This document shows positions 1 through 11,649 of a DNA stretch of 64,000 nt, piece by piece. The translations under genes and the position numbers were made by a program. Position 1 is the stretch's first letter. The number at the start of each line of letters is the position of its first letter. The notes below the pieces were generated by a model. The model worked only from the letters and a program-made list of their open reading frames with translations. It did no database searches and was not told the DNA's origin. Source of the DNA: Takakia lepidozioides (lineage: Eukaryota; Plantae; Bryophyta); the NCBI GenBank assembly GCA_030704615.1, contig CM060733.1, positions 16,802,001 to 16,866,000 on the forward strand. The letters run 5' to 3'.

Positions 1-2270
1 TGGGATGTCTTGTGGCACAGAGCCAAGAACATGGACCAGTATGGTCCAAAGGATGATTCCGGTTGGCCGGATGTGCATACATGTATTCTGTCGGCTGGAC
101 ATGCATTCTGTAACTACATGTGCACACACACACATTTCTTTCAAGGACAGAAAATAATATTGAAAGCACGAAATGCACAAAGAATCCTATGACTTCATCC
201 GAACACATACTCTTCGTGAACCCCACTTTACTTGATTCATGACATTAAACTTCAGTACTGGACACGAGCTCTTAGTAAGGACAACATACCCTTCTGAAGT
301 ACCAACGGTTACAGGATGCACCCCAAGGCTTCTTTGTCCATCTCCTTCTCCTCAATGACATACAAAGCCTTGAGCACTTCAGGCTCCACTCCAGATAAAA
401 GAGGCCTATCTATCTTCAGTCATGGCCCCCTTTCATTACTATTGTACTGTACCCATGTCAGCGCTTCTTTTTGTCTACAATAACATTCTTTTACTCTATG
501 TCAGAACAACAATTGTCTGTAACCAGTTTGTCAACAGCTGCATGGAGCAGTTTGACAAATTCAGTTGAAGACATATTCTGCTGGGTAATAAGTACATGAC
601 CTCCAGGAGAGTTTAATATCACACAAAACCCTTATGATTCACACAACCGGAGTCTGATCCATATACTGCATCATTTATCCGTCTTGCAACACAATTCAAT
701 TTGCGAATGAAAAGTTCCTGTTAAGTGAAGAGGTACAGGTTGTGGATTGCTTTGAACTTTCATACGACCTTCCTGCACAAGTCAACCAGGAGTCAGTGCC
801 CACCAAGCTTTGATGTCTCCACATTTATGAAGGCATTGCCCATCAAGTAGGAAGGCCAAGTCTAAAGACATTAAGGCAAGGCATACAAGTGGGGTACATG
901 CAGTGCAGTGAAATCAACTACACTGAGGAGGTCTGATTTGAACAGCCTACTTTGTCTCCCACTTATACATTTTAACCTTGAAGTGAGGGTGTATGTCATT
1001 ATACTGAAACTCCTACCACTATCCTTAGAAAAACATACATGCAGTAATATATATTGTAGACTGATATGACAATACTGTGTTTGCTCTACAGCCACAAGCA
1101 CCATGGAAAAAACGTAACCACACATCGAAACAGCAGTACATCAAATGTAGGCAATCAGTTACACATCCACTCATAGCATACATAAACACGAAATACAGAC
1201 ATTGCAACTCAGTACAAAGACAAACCGCTACTCCATGCATACAAGTGCACGGGTTGGAACAGTGCTTAGAGGAAACCACAGGAAACAAGCACCCAACAAA
1301 AGCAGCAACCACACATAAGAAAATCAAACAAAAGGCATCCAACAATGAGAGACAATAAACAAACAAATCAAACCCAATGCAAACACGATCCAAACAGAAA
1401 GACTTCTACCACATAGAAAATCACTCGATCCATCAGCAGGGGAAGGGAGTGTTTTATAAAATAGAGAAGTGCATTACAAATAAGCGTGCACAAGGCACAT
1501 GCCATGACGTCCAGACCCCGACAAAATTCCTAATGTGCTCAGCAAAATGGTCATCTTAATCTCCATCTTAACCTCCAAAATGAGAAGCACAGGGGATTTA
1601 GGGTCCGTGTTGTGCCATTTTAGCAACCCTGCTGGTACAACAATGAACCCAGAGAATGAAACCTGAATTCTGTCATGTAGGCAAAGTAGGTCTATAAAAC
1701 GTAGCTAACAGTCTCAAGTCTCAACCTTTTTGAACCAGAGGCTGCCAGACTCTCTGTTGCAATTGTACTAACTTTGCATTAATTCAGATACCACTCTCTG
1801 TACAGTGTTGGCTGATGGTTGCATGACATTTTAGACCAGCAGACAGGGGACCTCTAATTTAGTCATCTTGTGCCTCAAACATGCAAGAGAAATCTTTAAT
1901 GTGTGTTCGAGACACATACACTTGCATGCCGCTGCTGAAGCGGAAGGTCCAAAACAATGTTTGAGTGAATTGGACAGTCCGATCCCTACATTGCAAAATA
2001 TGTGCATATTACTCTTCTCAACTTGTGAGATAAGGATGTTCAAGCAGCTGATAAGAGTTTTCCTTAGAAGTACAGGTCAACAGCCTCATGGTAACCCTTA
2101 TTTTAACGGAGAACATCACTGCAGGGCATCAACTCTGGCGCTCCATCAGTCAGCTAGCACCTGGCTGACAGGTGTCTCTGCGTCACTAGCATTTGTGAAG
2201 TCCGTAGACTATCCAAGTATTACAACTCATAGACATATGACTCAAGATAAAAGGATGATATACCACTTAC

Positions 2271-3920
2271 ACAGGGACGGCGAAGGACAGAGTGCTTGCA
2301 TTATTGCTCTCAGATAGGCAAAAAACATTTCCAGAGGAGGGGGGCCTGAATGGTTGATTGAAGAATGAGGCCAATAGATGGGACCTGAAGCAGCAATTGG
2401 TCCTGCAAAGGCATAGAATCAGGTTGCTCATCCTTGTTACGCAAGATCTACGAATTAAACTCTATCTTGGCAATTAAACTACAACATTTTCAGTGCACAT
2501 TATACCTTGACTGTCGGGAGAATCTCCAACACTTCTGGTAGGCCTTGAACCATGGTGGCTGATGAATCACAACTGCTTTTCAAGTCTCCTGGGAAAATAG
2601 CCTCCTGCCTTTCTTCACCAGCTCCCTCATGTTGCTCAGAGTCCAAAGAAGAGGACGCTTCTCCACCTTTGGCATCTTTTGCAGCTAGTACAGGGTCACT
2701 ACGGCCAACTGGTGCACCATTTGTCCCTCCTGCACTGACTACACCATTCTCTGGAGGCAGCTGTGGGTGCACTTGATCTTGTTCCTTGTTATCCTCACAC
2801 ACAACTTCTAAAACAGGAGTGTTGATAGGAGAGTCATTGGCTTGTGGGCATGTCACACCTCTGTCATCTTCACTGACTAACCCTGCACTGGAGTTCACTG
2901 CTCCACAGCTTGCACTGTGTTCAACTGTTTCTTGAGAAATCCCCCCCCACTTCTTGAGCAGCTACCCCCTATTGTCCTGCATGCAAAGAAGAAGATGTTT
3001 CACCTTCAACGTCATTTACCGATCATTGAAGCTTCCTGGACTGTATGATGGCAAAGTCCTGATGCGATGGATGTACTTCTTGCATTCATGGGGCATGCAT
3101 GATGGATGCGTGCAAAGTGTGGCACTGTTTTGGCGAGCCCCAGGTGTAGTGGGAAGGGGGGGACCGCCTGGCGCGGCGACCGCGGGCCGCGGCGCTGCCG
3201 CGAGGGGGGGGAGGCGGAGGGCGGGGGTGGGGGCCACGCAGGCAGGCCCGCTGAGGCGGCATTGAACTCCCGGGCCTCTTTTATCACTTGCCAAGTTTTA
3301 CACTGCAGAGGGATTAATACTGAACTTAAGAGGATCATGCTTTGAAAAGTTATCAGGCCTGCCTTGGAGTACGCATCTGCTGTGTGGGTCGACAACTCCA
3401 AACATGCTAAATCTCTAGAATCCATTCAGGTTGAAGTGCTCGAAGAGAGCTTGTCAGCGTGCTCTAGAATAGCTAATGTACCTGCCCTTGGCACTAGACT
3501 GAAATTTAAGCTCAGGGCAGGAAACCTAACTTTGAACAATAAACCGATGCAGTGCACGGGGTCTATGGGCATAAGGCCACAGAAAATAACGTCTTATGAC
3601 TCAAATCTGAAGCCTCATGAGTGAGTTTCCTCAGTAATGAGGATGCACAGAGCCCCATCGCACTACACAAATAAGTCGAATCATCATTTTGAGAAAGAAA
3701 ATAAGTGTAGCAAGCAATTCCGAAGTGGACAAAGAGACACACTTACCACAAGCTCCTCCAAAAGAGTGCGTACGCCATTCTCAAGTAGTTGGTTCTCATC
3801 CTGGACCATCACGCTCGCAGACGGACTGCTGGGTACGATCGACCTCCGCCATCGCGACCTCCATCGCGGAAGCTCTGCCTTCTCCCGAAGAGCGACAGTG
3901 AGATGGGTGGGAACATCCAT
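2271..3920 (-). other. Putative spliced gene of unknown product (possible exons 3920/3809-3747, ~2976-2506, ~2402-2271), head-to-head with ALS3
   Basis: Donor GTG|GTAAGT at 3746, acceptor tgcag at ~2977, donor AAG|GTATAA at ~2505, acceptor at ~2403, donor GTAAGT at ~2270. The acidic ORF 2500-2898 joins in frame only if two G-homopolymer lengths are adjusted. No domain recognised. Confidence 0.3.
3290..3560 (+). mobile_element. Degraded non-LTR retrotransposon (LINE) ORF2 C-terminal fragment
   Basis: IRPALEYASAVW is a typical post-RT LINE motif. [14 protein letters not shown] is nearly identical to [14 protein letters not shown] in the copy at ~53.1 kb. Confidence 0.7.
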
Positions 3921-4324
3921 CCGTGAAACTGGATGTGTAGCGTCATTCGTTCATTGAGGAGGCATGCAGCACTGCTTCTTCTCTCCTGAGGTGCGAGATG
4001 CTGAGTGTTGGGAGGGCGGAGCTGGGGCAGATATGATCTGTGGCCACACAAGGATGATGGCAGTTGGATGTTATCCGGATCTTCTGCAACACAGATCCAG
4101 ATGCGGCCTTCATGAGGAAAAACCCTCCCTGGATACACCTTCTGGAGGAAGAGAGAACCAAAATTGGGTTGCGGAGGCAGCCTGTAGGGAGAATGCAAGG
4201 GAGATACGAGAGAGACCGGGGAGAGGGGTTTGGAGCAGGAAATACTGGTAGACGAAGAGACAGAGTTGCTGATTTGGAGCTACAGCTTGACAAAGTACTT
4301 TGAGGGGAGAGAGGAAGGCGTAAA

Positions 4325-5158
4325 ATGGAGAGCAATCAAGTAGCGGTGGGTTTGAATTTGGACTGGGCAAAGATTTGGGAGGACTTTGCAGGTGGGATGT
4401 TGAAGCCTGTGCTGGCGCTTTGCGTGGTAGTGGTAGCGATTGGTGTCTCATACTCTCAACGGCTTGGAATTGAGAGTGAGATGGCGTACTCCATCGCCCG
4501 TGCCTTCATACAACTCTCCATTATTGGGTTTGTCCTGGAGTTTATCTTCAATCAGTCCAATGTGGTCTGGATCTTTCTGGCTTATGCCGTTATGGTCTCA
4601 GTGGCAGGCTACACCTCAGGAAAGCGCGCTAAGCATGTACCAAATGGAGGGTATGTGTCGACAGCAGCCATTTTTGTTGGCACAAGCTTCACCATGGCTC
4701 TGTTGGTGGCATTGAGAGTATTCCCATTCACACCACGTTACATTATCCCAGTAGCAGGCATGATGGTTGGTAATGCCATGACTGTGACAGGCGTGACCTT
4801 GAAACGCATGCGAGAAGATATGCGGCTGCAGCAGGGATTGATTGAGACAGCGTTAGCACTTGGGGCCACCCCCCGGCAGGCAGCGTTTAAGCAAGTTCGG
4901 CGGGCTCTTGTTGTAGGTCTTTCACCCACTCTTGATAATGCAAAGACAGTTGGTCTGATCTCATTGCCAGGGGCAATGACCGGTCTCATTATGGGCGGTG
5001 CCTCCCCTTTGGAGGCCATCCAGCTCCAAATTGTTGTCATGAATATGTTGATTGGGGCATCCACCTTCAGCGGTGTGTTGGCTACCTATCTGAGCTGGCC
5101 CTTTTTCTTCACCAAAACTTACCAGCTTGAAACCAAGGTGTTCATGGCTGAGAGCTAG
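4325..5158 (+). CDS. ALS3: ALUMINUM SENSITIVE 3 / STAR2-like UPF0014 ABC transporter membrane subunit, 277 aa, intronless
   Basis: Hydrophobic multi-pass ORF with family motifs RAFIQLSIIGFVLEFIF, PRYIIPVAGMMVGNAM, ETALALGATPRQA and KTVGLISLPGAMTGLIMGGASPLEAIQLQIVV. Confidence 0.93.
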   Translation: MESNQVAVGLNLDWAKIWEDFAGGMLKPVLALCVVVVAIGVSYSQRLGIESEMAYSIARAFIQLSIIGFVLEFIFNQSNVVWIFLAYAVMVSVAGYTSGKRAKHVPNGGYVSTAAIFVGTSFTMALLVALRVFPFTPRYIIPVAGMMVGNAMTVTGVTLKRMREDMRLQQGLIETALALGATPRQAAFKQVRRALVVGLSPTLDNAKTVGLISLPGAMTGLIMGGASPLEAIQLQIVVMNMLIGASTFSGVLATYLSWPFFFTKTYQLETKVFMAES

Positions 5159-6175
5159 AGATTGTTGTCGAAGTTCACACACATGGAAGGACTGGAGGAG
5201 GGGCAGAGGAAACAGAAACAAACAGAGAGAGGTTCTTCTGAAGGCGGCAGAGGTCAGCAGGGGTACAGATGTGAGTATGTAGTATGTTTAGGTCAGGCTG
5301 CATTGGTCAGCTTCACAACAACCCTTTCTATCAACCAGTGGTTGTCTGCAAGCTCTCCACAAGTGTAAGCCGATGTCTGTAAGTGACGGTTGTGTCGTTG
5401 AATGGGGGCGTGGTGAAACTTAAATGGAGTATAAGGACTACTCCAGACATCTCTTTAATGAAAGTTTCCTTTTTTGACATTCCTAGAGAACAAAGATGGT
5501 AAGGGTTTGCATGAAGCAAACTCTTATTGGGCTAACAGCAGGTTTGGAATTGTGCCCCTGCGAAGTACCCCAAAATCCTTGGCCATGTCCGTCCCTGGTT
5601 GGAGTATGTTTTGAGTTTTGAATTTCGGCCCTTATGTGGGCTTGGGCCCTATGTTGCCTTGTCTTCCAGAAAAGGTGGAATGAAATATTTTGCGTCATGC
5701 TGTGATTAAGTCCAAATCAAGTACATGTTTAAGAGGTGTTTTATTGTATGGTTGTTTGATGGGTTGGAAGGTCCTAAGTGATGCAAGAACTGCAGCTCAG
5801 ATTCCCTTTGTTATACAGGTTTGCAAGACAAAGTGAGTGAGTGTAGGTAGTGAAACTGAAAAAAGCCATGGGTTGTCTATGGTGATAGCCACTCGCTCAC
5901 TTGCCTGGAATCATCAAGATAAGGACAAGTCCTTAGTCACCACATGAAAGAGAAAAACATGGTGGGAGTTACAATTAATTCTTGCCTCCTTCACTGCCGA
6001 GGCACTACTGAAAAAGCTACCCCGCAAGTCATAACAATTTGTTCATTGGGGTCTTTCACAAAGTTTCTATAAAACTTTTAATGGATCTTCTCAGGCATTC
6101 TAAAGGAATCAGAGATCTCCCAGCTAGTCTCTTTCCTTTTGTCTCTTTGGGTCAAACCTTTCAACCCTCATTTCA

Positions 6176-8137
6176 CTAGTTCACTATACGGCAATTCCTT
6201 CGGATCTCTCCTTGAGAGCCTGTCAAAGCGCCAATGCTCGCCATTTTCACCATAGACCTCGCAAAAAATTTAGGGAAGGGGAAATTCGGATTCACACTTT
6301 GGATTCGAATCATGTTGTGTGCTTGGGGGTCAGTAAGAAGAGTTGCATCTGACTCAAGAAGTCCTCTATTGTTTAGAACAGCATGAAAGTATTTATTGTC
6401 AAATTGTCCTGGGGTGTACGGGTCCATGCCGATCAATGTGGCAGAACTTCCAGAAGGGCATTTTGCCTTGAGCTGGGGGACGTAGGTAGGGTCTAGAGAA
6501 GGGTCGGAATCTCCAATCCCCGTAAAATTATAAAGTCTCTTCTGTAGGTTAACACAATGCGTATTGCCAATTGTGTGTGCACCTGCATTTGTCCCAAATC
6601 CATCAAGAGATGAGTAAACAAATATACTAAGGGTTGTTGCAGCAGATTCCGAACATAGATTTCTTAAACGTCTGATTTGATGACATAGAAGGATCAAGGA
6701 GAGCACTGAGACCAGTCTTGACAGATATCTATGATCTAGTAGAGCCCATTGATTTGCTTATATGCGACATCCAAAAACTTTAAATCTAGACTTTCCAATG
6801 TTACGTTCTATGGTTTTGTAGAGTTCTTTGAAACATTCCTTGAAGGTTTTATGAGAATGTATTCCGCTAGATCTTTGATGCATGCGAGTACATGCAACAG
6901 TAATTACAAGCATGCAGAAACTCCATAAGTCATCTTGTATCGGTGTGCACTATACCTGAAAGGATGACAAGGTCATCTGCCCCAAGACCTTTGTTTTGGA
7001 AGCTCTGGAGAAGTTGTGAATAGTTCGCTGTGGCAGGAGGCAGGTTGGCCGTAGCTTCAGTTGCCAGAGAGACTCTGCCGTCCATACGACCAGTCGTAAC
7101 GTTCCATAAGTACTCGGCCGTACAGACCTGCACATGCACTATCGATCCGGTTAGTATTGTCAACAACTCGTAGGTCCTAAAGTTGTGGCAAACTTCCAGG
7201 ATACATTACTCTTTCTCTATGAAAATATGTAATCCATCCACAGCGTCAACCTGGATAATCATACGAGGTAATCTCATTTCACAGTTGAAAGCTCTTATCT
7301 CTCTATCCATGTGACCTGTGTGATTTGTGAAAACCTGCTTACAAACTTGGTTGAGCTTGTAAATTTACCAGGGAAAGGGCATCTCGAGCTACAAGAGCAA
7401 TAATATCAGCGCACGATACAATATCAGGGCACACATTCTCCACAGCTGTCTTGGCAGCATCAATCACTTCGAAGCCACGTAGCGAATTTTTGTTTATCGG
7501 TGCGTCCTTCTCCGCACTGTTGGTGGGTGTTGAATCGATAAGGACGGACCCATCCGCCCCCTGTACGTGCAAAAACACTTCTTAAAAGTTAGTGAAGAGT
7601 CATTTGGGCACTGTTTTTTCGAAATAAGACATCATCGTCTACGTTCGTCATAAATAATCATGCACACTTTTTCGAGTCAGGTCGAGCTTCCACAGAGCTT
7701 ACGCACCCAAATACTTCTGGACACCTTGCATGAAGTATATAGGATGAACAAAGACAATCATGATTGAACTTTAACTATATCAGCTCTAAAAATACAAGAA
7801 TAGGACAATTAGAGATTGGTCATTGGAAATTTGCTGAAAATAAATGCTTATCCACCAATGCACACACCCCAACAAAAGCATCGTGAAATTGCAGTCGCAG
7901 AAGTGAAGCAGCGAGTGTGGGGTCAGCCGAGTAGGCTGTTTTCGTGGCAGCGTAAATCAAATTCTCTGCCTGAGGACAAGATCTCTGGTAAAATCCAACT
8001 TGCAGACTAGGAGGTCCTGGAAATTCAGCATGGACTCTGCCACGACCTCTAACGTCCATAGAAATCACTAGTACAAGGATCATTGATAGTATTCTGAATG
8101 TGCACGGCGGTATTATCTTTGTTGTGTTGCTCGCCAT
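6176..8137 (-). CDS. Class III secretory peroxidase; exons 8137-7868, 7560-7369, 7127-6956, 6582-6176
   Basis: LQVGFYQRSCP, distal RLQFHD, VSCADIIAL, GRMDG, proximal LSGAHTIG, FDNKYF and GEIRRNC. GT-AG introns lie at the three canonical positions and exon 2 is 192 bp. Confidence 0.93.
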
Positions 8138-9389
8138 GATGATCAATGGACTTTTTGGCGTTGTGGTCTCAATATAAGGTCAACTGATTCTGCAGTTTCC
8201 ATCAACTTATTGTTATTAAAAACCACCACGATCCAACGTTATGTACCTTAAAAGAAAAACTCTCGACCTGTACAATATTGTCTTATGAGAGTCTCACAGA
8301 TCCGAGCTTATACTTAGAAGGTGCCAATATGAGCTGAAAATGTTGAGTCTTTATGCAAATCCACCATCCTTTTTATATGAAGAAACTCGTAGACTTTCCT
8401 CGACACATCGCTAGACTATTTATCGAATTTTATGACCGCCTCCATTGTTTCTATTTTCATTTGAGAGTTGATTCGACCACATTCTCCACTTTTGGTTTGT
8501 TATGCATTTTGCAGGGAACCTCTTGTAGCGGAGCCGCTCCATTTTTTTTTTTAGTAGGGAAACACCTGGGAGCCACATCAAGAGAGTTTGCCATATTTCG
8601 CCACGTGGCATGTCTTCTCGGCTAGAGCCCGTCCAATATTTTGAAAAAAGGTATCTTGGAAAAATAGATAGGGATAAATAGCATCCATTGTACCTACCGA
8701 GATACCTTTTTGGATGAGACGTGGTATCTTGTGAGAACAGCGTGAGCATGCTCACGTGAGCACAACCCACGGTCATAGGGGTTAAATGTTTTCAAACCAC
8801 GGTCATAGGAATTACATGTTAATAGGCATGGTGCACATGAGTACCTTCAGTTTTATTTTCTCAGTGCGAAAATAACTTTTCTAGGGCTTAAACTGCCGAT
8901 ACCCGAACTGAAAACCACGATTTTTGTTTTTCTGGGGTTTTCTGGGGTATCCAGTTCGCATAACGTGAGGAAACCCCACGCCTATAGGGTAACATGTTTA
9001 TCGTGTATAGGTGTTACTTGTTTCTTAAGTGATGCCGTGAGGGCCTATGTGAGCAGTTAAAAAAAGTTTCGCAAAGTTTTTAGTGTCTCAATTTTAGTTT
9101 CACTGGAGAATATTCGAAAGGCATCTAGGAAATATCCTTAATATTTGCTTGTGCTCAGGTGAGCATGTTCACGTGCTACCCAACCTCTTTAGGGAGTTTT
9201 ATAGAGAAAATTATTTAGTATATAAAGGGAAACAATTGGGAGCGACAGCTCACAAATCAGGCCCCTTAGTTATAGTGAGGCGAGAAAATAACCTATTTCA
9301 CAGTAACCTCACCGTAAAGGCTTTCGTATGGGACACACACCCAAGGGAAGGGGTATAGAGCATGTTGGGCGGATCTACCCCTTTTTTTC

Positions 9390-9688
9390 ATATACGCCGG
9401 TTCCGGATATTAAAACTTTTTAGTTTAGATATCCGCCGGTTCCAGGTATTACCAACATGACAAACAGTGGATCCGGGTATACATCCGGTCATTAAGTTAG
9501 GGCTGAGATCTGCCAGATATTGACGGGTATTGGCCGGATATCCACTGGGTATTACACCGGGTATATGATTTGTTTTTTTGTATTTTCATATTCGCCGGTT
9601 ATGCATCTAACCCGGATACTAAAAAACGTCGGTTCCGGGTCCAGATACATTGATATCCGGGTTGATATCCTGCAATTGGTCATCCCTA
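9390..9688. mobile_element. Remnant of a hAT-type non-autonomous element (one end only)
   Basis: Dense ATCCGG/CCGGAT subterminal-like motifs end in GGTCATCCCTA, the reverse complement of an Ac-like TAGGGATG terminus. No matching second TIR seen. Confidence 0.4.
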
Positions 9689-10394
9689 GGTTAGAGCCGG
9701 TCATCCAACTATGTAGTCAAAACGTCATAAATATGAAATATTTAAAATACACGTATACGCCAAAATTCATTATGACGAACCTTGTATACATACACTTTAG
9801 GTTAGTTGTTATCATGTTTCATCTTGCATCATCGAGGGCAGCTAAGGTGTGAGCAGAACCTGTGAGCAGATTCCCTGACGCGTGAGCAGATTGTAAGCAT
9901 GAGCATATTACTGATGCGGACCCTAAAAGCAAGGGAACAAGTGAGCCTATTGCTGTTGATGCTAACTCCAATGCAAGGACGCAATCTCCTCTCGATCGGA
10001 TCGAAGACAGACAGGCTCCATGACGATAAGATGACACGAAAATGCGATGAAAAAATTTCGTTTGGGATGAACGTAAAAAGGAGTGGATGAACGTTAGATG
10101 AGTTTTGGATGAAAAATTACCTAGACGAGTAAACCATGGATGACTGCGACAACATGTATCATCAGGGATCAACATGCGCGTGGAAGCATGCATTAGTCAA
10201 GGACAGCTTAATTCGCAGCCCATGGAAGCACATGTCAGCCCGGGATAAAACCATAGGGGGGTTCATTTTTGTGCAGGAAAGCAGGCATAAAGGTGCCCTC
10301 AATGGCAACTTAATTCCGACCAGGGGCACATGACATTTCAACATAGGGAGCACATGCCTTACCGGTAAACATGTGTGTGGAGGGGCTGCAGAGT

Positions 10395-10891
10395 AAGGTG
10401 TCGTCAACGACATCTTAATTCCCAGCCCTGTCCCAACCTAATAATTGAACCCAACGAAAAAAAAAAAAAAAAAAAAAAAACAAAAGGTATCGATGATGAT
10501 ACCTTAATCCCCAGCCCTGTCCCAACATGAGAATTGAACCCAACAGACCAAAAACAAAAACCCCCCAAAATTGATAAAATTGATGCATTGGTGCATTCAC
10601 GAAAGTGGAGCCATCACGAAATATTGAAGTCATTCAGCATAGTGGAGTCAGCGTCAAAAATTGAACTCCTTGAGAACACCTCACATTTCAACTATCATAT
10701 CTTGCTGTAGAAGTTCCCCACCTTCACTAGCCACACCATTTGGGGTGAATGGTATCTACAAATTGCTCGGACTACATAACTTATGATTCGTTGTCATGTC
10801 ATTCTTCCAGGTGACCATAAATCCATGTTGGGTAAACACCATGTCTTTTGCTTGCAAAGCAGGGATTGGGTTCATTTGCAAGTTTTCCAAG

Positions 10892-10922
<31 letters not shown>

Positions 10923-11065
10923 CCGAATATGTCAAATTAAGGTGTCATCAACGACATCTTCATCTGGCTGGTCTTCTGGTGTGCTATTTGGGGTGCATGA
11001 CATCGATAAATTGCTTGGACTACATAATTTATGATTCATTGTCATGTCCTTCTTCCAGGTGACCA
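10395..11065. repeat. Local direct duplications with long poly(A) tracts
   Basis: CCCAGCCCTGTCCCAAC..AATTGAACCCAAC occurs twice (10421, 10510). A ~58 bp block at 10760-10817 repeats at 11008-11065. A-runs at ~10457 and ~10892. Confidence 0.6.
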
Positions 11066-11649
11066 GAAGTTTGCTCATTGGTATACGATTGTAGGAGTCC
11101 CAGGACGCCACGGTTTCTACCTTTCTTTGCCAACCCGGAATTTTTTCCCAAGTCCTCCAACAGATTTTCATTTGTTATCTTTTGCGGAGGCTAGAGCTAC
11201 GGAATATAGTCTACTAGCATCTCCCCCTTCTGTGCTTCACAACTTTTCTGTGTAGAGCAGGGCTAGCGTATTTTTGGACAATTCTGCCTTCGTTTTGAAC
11301 AGTAGCTCATGTAGCAGTGGATCTTCTTTGTCGGAATGAATCGCATGTTTTGGAACGTTTATTTATGAAGCACGAGTTCATCTCTCTGTCTTCTTTCCAA
11401 TTGGGTGTGAGCCTCACTCTCAACCATCTATACATGTGAAAATGATAAGTAACCCATCCTCAATCAATTCAGCAATGTGGATTCATTGTTGCCAACATAC
11501 TCTAGAATACACTACACTACATGTATTTCATTCATCCATGTCTCATTCATCATACCAACATTCATCCTCCATTCATCTTTCATTCATCCAAGCAGCATCC
11601 ATACCCGAGCTTGTAATTCTAACCAGTCTGCGCAGTAATAGGTCTTTTA

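Noticed and set aside
250-2300. Coding-looking minus-strand sequence at the window start
   Set aside because: Frequent stops in all frames and no recognisable domain, so it cannot be assigned.
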